Positions 56,801-64,000 of a stretch of 64,000 nucleotides of DNA are shown one piece after another. This DNA comes from a virus (taxonomy: Duplodnaviria; Caudoviricetes). Numbering within the stretch: position 1 is the first letter of the stretch; each line of letters begins with the position of its first letter. Location of the stretch: positions 12,349 through 76,348 of IMG/VR virus record IMGVR_UViG_3300033463_000086; one strand, written 5' to 3'. The notes below the pieces were generated by a model. That model made no database searches, was not told the origin of the DNA, and saw only the letters and a program-made list of their open reading frames with translations. Both the position numbers and the translations under genes were made by a program.

Positions 56801-58224
56801 CATTTAACAAAGCCCTTGATAGACGCAGTAAGGATGTTGAGTATAATGATGTTCAGTCTGAGTATTTTGACAATCTTGCTGAACTTGATAATAGGACAGG
56901 GCTTGGCTCTGCGCGTCTGAATAAGGCGATTGAACAGGAAAATGAGGCACGAAACACCCTTGAATTTCTCACTGCAAGACGTACACAAGCTGAGAGTGAG
57001 ATGTATAAGGACATTGAACGTCAGCGTAAGGAAAAGGGTTCGCTTTCACAGGCTGAACTTACACTGATTCAGAACAGGTGGCGTGATGAGGCGTTCATTT
57101 CTATGGACAAGCAGATTATTGAGGCACAGAAATCGGTAATCAAGGCATCTACTACTACACAGAATGAGCGTGACAGGCAGAAGAAGAATCGGGTGAAAGA
57201 AATATCCGATGTACTTGAACATCAGCTTGAAACAAGTGCTGTCGGTTCGCTTTCTATGCTGTATGAACGCGCACAAAGCCAGCTAAAGAAGAATCTTGGT
57301 GATTATAAGCTGAAGACTACACCGGAAGAGGCTCGTGATGCTGAAAAGGCGTTGCAGAATATCTACATAAAAGGCATGAAGAGTCGTTTTGAGAACCTTG
57401 GTCAGAGCATGAGTGGTATTTCTGTTGAACAAGCCAGCGGTGCAATCAGCAGAAAAACAGCTATCGCCCAGCAGAAAGAAATCATTGGCGCACAGTGGAG
57501 GCTTTATGCTGAGGCTCTTCGTGGCTTAGACCCAACACGTGATATGGAGGCTATACGCGAGTTCAGACAGGCGGCTGACAGCGCAGCTGAAAGTTGGAAT
57601 AGACTGGCTGTAAGCGAGATGGCTCTGTCTATCGAGAACATTACAAAAGGTCTTGATACTGTTGAACTTGCAAGAGCGCAACACAGAATAACTGATAGAA
57701 CAGCAAACAAGAGGCAGATGGCGATTTACCGTAATATGCGTAAGGAAATCGTCAAACAGATGCGTAATTATGCTGAAGGTTCTGAGCAGTATGAGACACA
57801 CCGTAGACAGCTACATGATGTTGACATGAATATCGCTCGTCTGAAGGATGCGATACAGAATGACGTAAATGAGGCGCGTCAGGGTTTGCTTTCTGCATTT
57901 AGTGACGTAATCAGCAGTAATCTGCAAGGAGACAGACTTTCCAACTATGGTCTGTATCACGCGACAAACCTGCTTGCTCGTCTTGCTCCGGCTCTCAACA
58001 TCCAACAGAAGGGTGTAAGTCTTTCTGCTGTGCTTGCGAACGCCAATGCTCGTTATAGTGGTTCTACACCAGATACTTCAAGAGCCATGAGACAGCAACA
58101 GAGGCTTTCGACAATCATGGATTCCTATATCGCATCGAAGCAGTATCAGGATGCAGGTATCGGTAAGAACGTCCAGACTATCGTAACAATCATGGGTAAA
58201 CGTACACCCTTATTCTTAAATTGA
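53839..58224 (+). CDS. Tape measure protein (TP901-like core)
   Basis: 1461 aa, helical; TVREGKAQGQDLA, NSASEAGVSLNELGAAIA, MFGNIRAG. Confidence 0.92.
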   Translation: MPNILDLSARLSADVRPFVNSMASGANASHTTFQNIAQAATMYLGARGLLGTLNRANQASMEFGQSLADASAISTLSVKEIGDALMSLDNVFGRVSKASQSMYRILSSGFSQLDASQLVQFQKAVGISAKVIRADLYNTADVMTTIANAYQLNIKEIEKLQDWFYITVREGKAQGQDLARTLGLVINSASEAGVSLNELGAAIAVLSRTQSVSQSMIGLNQMLNAFIKPTLQAQAAARKWGIEISATALQEKGLTNILTELNQKVGGNVEALEKMFGNIRAGRAILSLTGKQFHNYLNVVDMYNHEAGAGMEAFEKQIDTVQNAYERLQAQQEKTLITVGDDWGNVRKAIYNTGEVLLKAFSDTSSIARWSVYLTGINLAVKNIIAVINNLRDSVNSVTRSVDRMTASFTRASATSYGIGNGVIRADIAKLRKKAANANLALTGDFKPLLERNDQILRGATPWFNLKNQHGIAQKNNPYSVIAQNTLSPYVREHQVIAHNIARNFMKQYFVKYEDITDPVTGKVVDWKVKNAETGFKYKATHNQLEKQLTKSVFIQNEKSMNVLRKYINSARQTKISAESAEKRLINESNMRVGNFYAQPHGFRTGTINRLYRNQSSLDRLADMKQARFAKSHRIMNWMGMNPYDRGSGIGRWWMQHSMGRSFQYRGKTLVQEPHWFFKAGNKIGSGIGKELGKFTGSIGKTMGVAFNAVATVGLMKFAWDFGKKIGESIGESLNLKDTEFFQWLGRAVTTGDWMGLGPSTAQVEARNIHSNAQARNNTFNKLIDDMRKAKISPDKILTYQEQMAEQYIKAMGKDLKSAQEATEAMNAIIDNIVQDLKDYRETVNARTQLEEAYRALRPVDREKELNTAEKSYIRSYMSREGMAMNGVTRGLFEEFMKNPQGFTKAFSKFNAFEYNEAGLKQYFDELGIDASNIALNNRLLLNEGIKEVLSVSNLMRQDKAVQKANQQVQRNKVINASSRAAANSLSAFNKALDRRSKDVEYNDVQSEYFDNLAELDNRTGLGSARLNKAIEQENEARNTLEFLTARRTQAESEMYKDIERQRKEKGSLSQAELTLIQNRWRDEAFISMDKQIIEAQKSVIKASTTTQNERDRQKKNRVKEISDVLEHQLETSAVGSLSMLYERAQSQLKKNLGDYKLKTTPEEARDAEKALQNIYIKGMKSRFENLGQSMSGISVEQASGAISRKTAIAQQKEIIGAQWRLYAEALRGLDPTRDMEAIREFRQAADSAAESWNRLAVSEMALSIENITKGLDTVELARAQHRITDRTANKRQMAIYRNMRKEIVKQMRNYAEGSEQYETHRRQLHDVDMNIARLKDAIQNDVNEARQGLLSAFSDVISSNLQGDRLSNYGLYHATNLLARLAPALNIQQKGVSLSAVLANANARYSGSTPDTSRAMRQQQRLSTIMDSYIASKQYQDAGIGKNVQTIVTIMGKRTPLFLN

Positions 58225-58232
58225 GGTGGATA

Positions 58233-60314
58233 ATGGCAGATACAACATATACAACTAAGTGCTATCTAAAGGGTAGTGTTCAGACCTCGATTGACAATTC
58301 GGGGAACATTACGAAGAACTTTACTTGGATGGTGCTTAATGCAAACGAAACCAATACCTTACTGGAATGGTTGGCGTTTCAGGATTATGTAGAGACTGAA
58401 TGGGCAGGTAAATCTGGCGACAACTGGAAGAAACCTGTTCAGCAGGCTGGAAGCAAGGAATGTACTGCTTTTGATAGTACGGACGATAGCTTCATTGTTG
58501 CAGACCTGACCATTGAAACACCTCCGGGCAGAACGCATGTTGAGGTTACTTATACCTGCACTGGAAACCCGAATAAAATCAAGCACTTTACGGATGGTGG
58601 TCTTTCCATCAACTCTTCGGATGAGCGTACCAAGTCTTTCAGCTTCAAGTATGTTATCCCAGAAAAGCAGGTTACGCTTGGTGATGATACTTGGACTGCA
58701 CCTGATTTGGAGACGGTCGAAACTACTATTGACGGTCTTTTCAAGATAAACGATAATGTCACTTGGGCTGATTCTGAAGGTCACACTTACGTTGTTGATA
58801 ACGTTTCTGTAAGCCAAGAATCTCCAAGTGTTTACAACGTCACTGTGTCCCTTAAAGACATGGCTAAGATGCGTGTCGGTCTGATTTCCGTGAATGAAGA
58901 CAGTTACGGACAGAAGACAATTTCGATTACTTGGCGGCTCTCTAAGGAAGAATATGACGAAACTGACCTGCCCAATTCCGGTGATGCTGTAGGTACTTGG
59001 GTTGGTGAGGGCTATGACGGCGTTGGTTATGACAATTACGTTGTGACTGGTGTTGAGCATAGTCCTGACGGTAATCTCGGCTACCTTGTTACAATCAGTG
59101 CAAAAGACACCACATTTACCAGACTTCATACCCAGCGTGATTACAAGTGGAACGGTACAGGTCTTGAGAAATCTGCCAATGTTGTTTATCAGCTTCATAG
59201 CAAAGAGGACGCAGAACAGTTCCTCAATAACCTTGGTCGTGAGACGCTGGATGTTGATGGTGAATCATTTACGGTAAGAGACGCCAATATTACCCAAAGC
59301 GGTAAAGACGATTATGAGCTGTCCCTTTCGCTCTCTGATGATTTGACACCGCTTATCGTCAACATCGGCAGCAACACCCCTGATGATTTGGACAAGGATA
59401 TTCAGGTTTCTATGACTTACGGTACTTTCAGACTTACTCCTCATCAGTGTGGTCTGTTCCGCAGTCTGTCCAATCTTGCTTACTATCCAATCAATAATCC
59501 GCCTAACACCAAATTCAACACACGGATTTTGGTTTCCGACCTGCAAGAAATGGATAGCAGGTGGACAAACGCTATGCTAACAAACATTATAACAAGCCCT
59601 AATCCTCGTATCGGTTTTTCTGACATTGTGGCTTGCTATGACGGCAGTGACAATAAGGTGAAGAAAGAGCTGTGGAGTACATATCCTGTGGGTGAAGCAA
59701 GCGGTGTTGGCTCCAAGTTCATTAACAGCTTCAAACTTTCTCAATACGTTTATCCACAGCCCACATTTACGGAATCTTCTTATGGTGAAACACCCAAATA
59801 CAGTGAGTTCTTTGTTCCGTGGGTTGCGAAGAATGACTTGCTGATTATTCCCGGTGGCAGTACATACAACGGCAGAACACTTAATACCGACCTGAGTAAT
59901 TATCCGAAGTATGATAACGGTCTTGATATGGCTCTTCCGCAGAGATGGCTCAACAGGAAGATACCTTACATGGATTGCACAGTCACCATGAACTATCGTG
60001 GCAACCTTCAATCCAACATTAAGAAGAATTGGGATGATTACTTCCTGAAAGCAATCAAGCAAATCTGTAAGGAAGCCGAGTTGATTGGTAAAGATTCCAG
60101 CTCCAACTTCAACAAATACTTTATGATGCCTTACGAAAAAGCCGCAAGGAATCATAGCCAATACCCACTTACCAGCTTCAAACGCACTGGTATGTCTGTT
60201 CAGCGGATTATTGACACCAAGGGTCACGAATGGACGCAAATCACAATGAACATTCAGGCTCTTTGTGGTGATTACTGGAACTACAACTACAAAGATAAGG
60301 TTGACTTTGAATGA
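58233..60314 (+). CDS. Tail protein with internal repeated beta modules
   Basis: Follows tape measure; repeats of YVV-NVS...YNVTVS-KD type. Confidence 0.6.
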   Translation: MADTTYTTKCYLKGSVQTSIDNSGNITKNFTWMVLNANETNTLLEWLAFQDYVETEWAGKSGDNWKKPVQQAGSKECTAFDSTDDSFIVADLTIETPPGRTHVEVTYTCTGNPNKIKHFTDGGLSINSSDERTKSFSFKYVIPEKQVTLGDDTWTAPDLETVETTIDGLFKINDNVTWADSEGHTYVVDNVSVSQESPSVYNVTVSLKDMAKMRVGLISVNEDSYGQKTISITWRLSKEEYDETDLPNSGDAVGTWVGEGYDGVGYDNYVVTGVEHSPDGNLGYLVTISAKDTTFTRLHTQRDYKWNGTGLEKSANVVYQLHSKEDAEQFLNNLGRETLDVDGESFTVRDANITQSGKDDYELSLSLSDDLTPLIVNIGSNTPDDLDKDIQVSMTYGTFRLTPHQCGLFRSLSNLAYYPINNPPNTKFNTRILVSDLQEMDSRWTNAMLTNIITSPNPRIGFSDIVACYDGSDNKVKKELWSTYPVGEASGVGSKFINSFKLSQYVYPQPTFTESSYGETPKYSEFFVPWVAKNDLLIIPGGSTYNGRTLNTDLSNYPKYDNGLDMALPQRWLNRKIPYMDCTVTMNYRGNLQSNIKKNWDDYFLKAIKQICKEAELIGKDSSSNFNKYFMMPYEKAARNHSQYPLTSFKRTGMSVQRIIDTKGHEWTQITMNIQALCGDYWNYNYKDKVDFE

Positions 60315-61318
60315 GCGCACTTAGAGACAAGTACCAATCTGTAAGTCAGTTCTTCAAGGACGTTAAGCGCGTCATTGAGGATATAGTTACACGCCTGTCT
60401 GATGTTGAAGCCACTATGGACAACTTCGGTGGTGGCGGTATTCCTCAAGAAGAAGACTTACCAGCGTATGAGGCAGGTGAGGGTATTGCTATTGATGACG
60501 AACAAATCAGCCTGAATTATGATGGTCCGTTTGCTGTTCACGTAGACCATTATGACGAAACCACACCAACCACAATGTACGTACAGGCAAATTCCGGGCG
60601 TATTATGATTGACCAGACTTCGGTGTTCTCTACTGCTCCGGCTGAGGGTGTTTATACAGCGTTAGGTTCAGGTCAGGTTATGTGGTTAAAAGTCAACTTT
60701 ACCACAATGACAAGCATTACAACTGAATACTTGGCGGCTTCTGAGACGTATTATACTGATACTCAAAACATTATATACATCAGACTTGCCAAAAACGTTG
60801 ATGGTACGCTTCGTCAGTATCAGTTCGGTGACATAAAATACAGACGGCAGGGTGTTTCAAAACTGTCGAGTACAAACACAAGTACAGCCGCTATTTCAAC
60901 ACAGGCTGGTTATAATGAAGGTACTGGTCCGCTGAATCTTACTGTGTATAGCGGCAGTACGCCAACACCTCCTACACCCCCCACACCTTACAGCAGTGGT
61001 GGAATGATGTTCCCGAATTACATGAACCTTGCTGATACTTCTCCATACGGCACTTCAATGTATGAGGGTGTTACTTATACAATGGGTAACGCAGGTTGGA
61101 TTCGTTTTACTTGTTTCGGTACTACATTAGCTGGTGCTTGTGAGTTTATACACATCGACAACAATGCAATCGGTATGTATAAGGGTGGCGGTGGTGGTTA
61201 TACTACATTCTTACCTGTAAGCAGTGGTGCTGTTGTTTACTATACTGGTGGTGTTCCGTGTCTTGTTAAATTCGACGGTTATGCGACAAGTAATGGCATA
61301 GTTTCCAGTACGGCGTAA
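60311..61318 (+). CDS. Tail/baseplate-associated protein, S/T/G/Y-rich
   Basis: YEAGEGIAI, PTPPTPP linker, C-terminal MFPNY...AGW domain. Confidence 0.55.
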   Translation: MSALRDKYQSVSQFFKDVKRVIEDIVTRLSDVEATMDNFGGGGIPQEEDLPAYEAGEGIAIDDEQISLNYDGPFAVHVDHYDETTPTTMYVQANSGRIMIDQTSVFSTAPAEGVYTALGSGQVMWLKVNFTTMTSITTEYLAASETYYTDTQNIIYIRLAKNVDGTLRQYQFGDIKYRRQGVSKLSSTNTSTAAISTQAGYNEGTGPLNLTVYSGSTPTPPTPPTPYSSGGMMFPNYMNLADTSPYGTSMYEGVTYTMGNAGWIRFTCFGTTLAGACEFIHIDNNAIGMYKGGGGGYTTFLPVSSGAVVYYTGGVPCLVKFDGYATSNGIVSSTA

Positions 61319-61340
61319 ATTTCCTGAAATAAACTATAAT

Positions 61341-61384
61341 TATGTTGCAGATACATTTGACTTTTAAGTTTTCCAAAGTATATT
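61341..61384 (+). promoter_or_regulatory. Late-class promoter
   Basis: TATGTTGCAGAT-N4-TTGACT-N16-TATATT. Confidence 0.7.
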
Positions 61385-61406
61385 TAGATACCAACAGGAG
61401 GACGAA

Positions 61407-62366
61407 ATGCAGAAAACATTAGTCAACATTGATATAAACACACGAAGTCAGATTACACAGACAGGGCAGTTTGTGAATCGACAGGCTGATTACGTGCGTA
61501 TTGAACGTGCATCTTGGTCTGTCCTGTGCTTTCAGTTCTATGACAGGCAGATAACGGACGAGGGTGGTGTTGTTCTTACCCCCTACCCCATTACTAATCT
61601 TTCGTTGGAGCTTCTGGTTGATAATGACTTTACAACCGAAACGCCAGTGATGATTAAATCTGTTGCTTCGGCTACCGTATTCGACCCAACCCAACCATCC
61701 GAATCCAACATGGTGAATATTGCCGGAGACTGGATTGACGGTGGTAATGCAGACCCGCTTCTTGGTCAGGTCTCCATTCGTATTTATTCCGGTACTGAAC
61801 GTCTTGAACAGGAATTTCAACCATCTGGAAGGACACCGCCATCTGAACTGAAAAACTGTTACCTCAGTCTGCGTCAGAAAGACCTTGAGGTTGCAACGAC
61901 TACACCTCTTGTATGGATTCCTGTTATTCCGTATAACACCATTCTTGAGGAAATGCCCACTGAATATGTGATACCGCCTACTGAGGTTCTTTCACAGGCA
62001 CTCGCGGCTTATTTCACTCAGCCATTCACACTCAGCTACGCACAAACGGCTGATGCGACAAATTGGCACAGTACACCACAACCTGACGATAATTTCATGG
62101 TTTTCAATCTCGGTCAGGTTGGTGCGATTCCTTCTGCACATTCGGGTCCTCTTCCAATCCCGAAACGCAGTATTGTCCGTTACAGTGTAGATGATGACCC
62201 ACAGAGTATGGACGATGTTCTTGAGGAACCCAACGCTAATACTTACTTTGTGGCAATCATCAGCACAATAAAGGATGAAGCGGACCTCGAACTCAGTGAT
62301 TTTCAAAACAAGTGGTATCAGGCAAGAGCTTATGCAACTGAACCTATTTGGCAAACTGGAAACTGA
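61407..62366 (+). CDS. Virion structural protein (baseplate upper-protein-like, putative)
   Basis: AGGAGG RBS; position before the fibre gene. Confidence 0.55.
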   Translation: MQKTLVNIDINTRSQITQTGQFVNRQADYVRIERASWSVLCFQFYDRQITDEGGVVLTPYPITNLSLELLVDNDFTTETPVMIKSVASATVFDPTQPSESNMVNIAGDWIDGGNADPLLGQVSIRIYSGTERLEQEFQPSGRTPPSELKNCYLSLRQKDLEVATTTPLVWIPVIPYNTILEEMPTEYVIPPTEVLSQALAAYFTQPFTLSYAQTADATNWHSTPQPDDNFMVFNLGQVGAIPSAHSGPLPIPKRSIVRYSVDDDPQSMDDVLEEPNANTYFVAIISTIKDEADLELSDFQNKWYQARAYATEPIWQTGN

Positions 62367-62396
62367 TAACATATATTAAAATAAGGAGCTTTTATT

Positions 62397-64000
62397 ATGG
62401 CTACTGGTTCCCCTGTTTCTTTCTGGTACGGTACTCGCGCACAGTTTGACAGTATCGCTACCAAACTCGACACAACCCTCTATTTCATTACGGACGAACA
62501 GGCTCTTTACAAGGGTTCTATCAAGTTCTCCGGCTCTGGTGTTGATACCCTGCTTTCTGTTGGTACTTCGGCTCCGGCATCCAACCAGCCGTATGACAAG
62601 TATTTCAACACAAGCACCGGTCTCATTTACGTTCTGAGTGCTACTGGTTCTACCGTTTCCAGTTACACCCCTGCAAATGGCGCACTGTATTACAACGCTG
62701 ATTCCAAGAGATTCATTACCCTTACTTACGATGGTTCTGCTTGGTCTGAAAACGACCTGTATGACGCAGGTATCAGTGTTGAGGACGGCACTGGTCTGTA
62801 TCTGTCCGGCACTACCATTGGCGGTCTTGATGCTACAACTTCCTCCAAGGGTGTTGTTCAGATTGGCAACAACATCACCGTAACGAATGGCACTATCTCT
62901 GTTCCTGTTGCCGCGAGTAACGTTTTTGGTGTTGTGAAGATTGGCGATAACATCACTAATGCCAGCGGTACTATTTCTGTTGCCAAGGCTACATCTTCCT
63001 CGCTTGGTGTGGTTAAGACTGGTACTTCGACTGACACTGGCATTAGTATTGACGCAACAGGTCTTATTAGTGTTGTTACTGCAAGTGCCTCTGTTCGTGG
63101 TGCTGTTAAAATCGGCACTAACATCAATGTAAGTTCTGCTGGTGTTATCTCTGTAAATGACGCGACACAGGGTCAGAAGGGTCTTGTTACCCTGCTGATT
63201 GCTTTTGATGCAAACAACCTGCCTCCGGGGTCTTATTGGAGTACGGATTCCGCAAGCAAATACGCCACAACCCTTACCGCAGTTAGAAATTATGCTGAGG
63301 CTGTTCTTGATAACAGTACGGTTGGTCTCAGCATCAACTCTTCGACTGGAAAGGCTCAGATTGCAAATGCCTCTGCTTCTCAGAAGGGCGTGGTTAAAAT
63401 CGGTACTAACATTGACGCGGCTGATGGTGTGATTTCTGTTAAGGACGCCAGCACAGCAGATAAAGGTATTGTTGCTCTTGTCAATAATGCCTCTTCCAGT
63501 GATATGAGTTCCGAGGTCAAGGCTATCACTCCTTATGCGGTCAGTCAGGTTGCGGAAGGTCTGAATACTGAAATCAACACCAAACAAAATTCCCTCACAC
63601 CCGGTTTCGACATTACACTTACTTCCGGTTCTACAATCAGTGTTCCTCGGTATCGTGATGTTGTGAATGTGACTGGTTCTTCCGTTACGCTTCAGGCTGG
63701 TTACGCTTACAAGATTCAGGCTACTACTGGCGCGAAGAAGCTGTTTACCGAGACCATTCCTTCCGGTCAGTTCGGTATGGAAGGTCATGCTGAAATCTAC
63801 GTGACTGATACTGGTTACATTCAGACAGACACCAATGTTGTTCTTGTTGACGCTCTTGAACCGAACTCTGTGAATAACTGCACAATCCGTTTCCATAACG
63901 GTCTGTGCCTCATCAGCATCGAAGACCATGTTGCAGGTTATGTTGTTCGCACTGCCACAGGTACAGCTAACGGCTCCATTTACTACGGCATGACCACTGA
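62397..64000 (+). CDS. Tail fibre, partial (runs off the right edge)
   Basis: Manual translation MATGSPVSFWYGTRAQFDSI...; ~25-aa repeats ASASQKGVVKIGTNI...GVISV; open to 64000. Confidence 0.85.
   Translation, partial: MATGSPVSFWYGTRAQFDSIATKLDTTLYFITDEQALYKGSIKFSGSGVDTLLSVGTSAPASNQPYDKYFNTSTGLIYVLSATGSTVSSYTPANGALYYNADSKRFITLTYDGSAWSENDLYDAGISVEDGTGLYLSGTTIGGLDATTSSKGVVQIGNNITVTNGTISVPVAASNVFGVVKIGDNITNASGTISVAKATSSSLGVVKTGTSTDTGISIDATGLISVVTASASVRGAVKIGTNINVSSAGVISVNDATQGQKGLVTLLIAFDANNLPPGSYWSTDSASKYATTLTAVRNYAEAVLDNSTVGLSINSSTGKAQIANASASQKGVVKIGTNIDAADGVISVKDASTADKGIVALVNNASSSDMSSEVKAITPYAVSQVAEGLNTEINTKQNSLTPGFDITLTSGSTISVPRYRDVVNVTGSSVTLQAGYAYKIQATTGAKKLFTETIPSGQFGMEGHAEIYVTDTGYIQTDTNVVLVDALEPNSVNNCTIRFHNGLCLISIEDHVAGYVVRTATGTANGSIYYGMTT

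Noticed and set aside
62376-63929. 517-aa minus-strand ORF
   Set aside because: Antisense shadow of the tail-fibre gene (62397 onward), which the track missed because it has no stop in the window
1-64000. Stop-codon reassignment
   Set aside because: Core genes (terL, portal, capsid, tape measure, polymerase) are full length in code 11; all three stops are used; no suppressor tRNA

Overview
The window is a contiguous piece of a large tailed dsDNA phage genome (~40-45% GC by eye; siphovirus-like tail with tape measure; no integrase or lysis genes in view). Positions 1-41.8 kb are almost all minus strand. From right to left in transcription order: an early region (Ala/Lys-rich ORFs, a long structured leader, a double amidoligase / gamma-glutamylcyclotransferase / glutamine amidotransferase cluster, arrays of paralogous small genes), then an SNF2-type helicase, 4 tRNAs, two GT-A glycosyltransferases, ThyX-, PnuC- and MazG-like genes, a Dam-like methylase, and a replisome. 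The replisome comprises primase, an Aah/TibC-type protein heptosyltransferase, a degenerate DnaQ, DnaC- and DnaB-like proteins, a beta clamp, a split family-A polymerase with a UDG-like domain, a DnaX-like clamp loader and a ligase. A plus-strand terS + GT8 island interrupts this at 25.5-27.1 kb. Positions 38.7-44.5 kb form a repeat-rich control region with a stand-alone TV-Pol-like polymerase. From 44.5 kb the plus strand carries terL, portal, scaffold, capsid, neck, tail, tape measure and a partial tail fibre. Best candidates for new biology: (1) a probable virion-glycosylation system of four glycosyltransferases, including a heptosyltransferase, with Ser-rich capsid and tail-fibre targets; (2) a 1.3-kb ATG/CAT-free, GGCC-rich segment containing an ORF bracketed by a perfect 27-bp inverted repeat; (3) the TV-Pol-like gene with flanking repeats; (4) the duplicated amidoligase module; (5) a late-promoter class with a conserved upstream box. 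All family calls come from motif recognition by eye, not from database searches.
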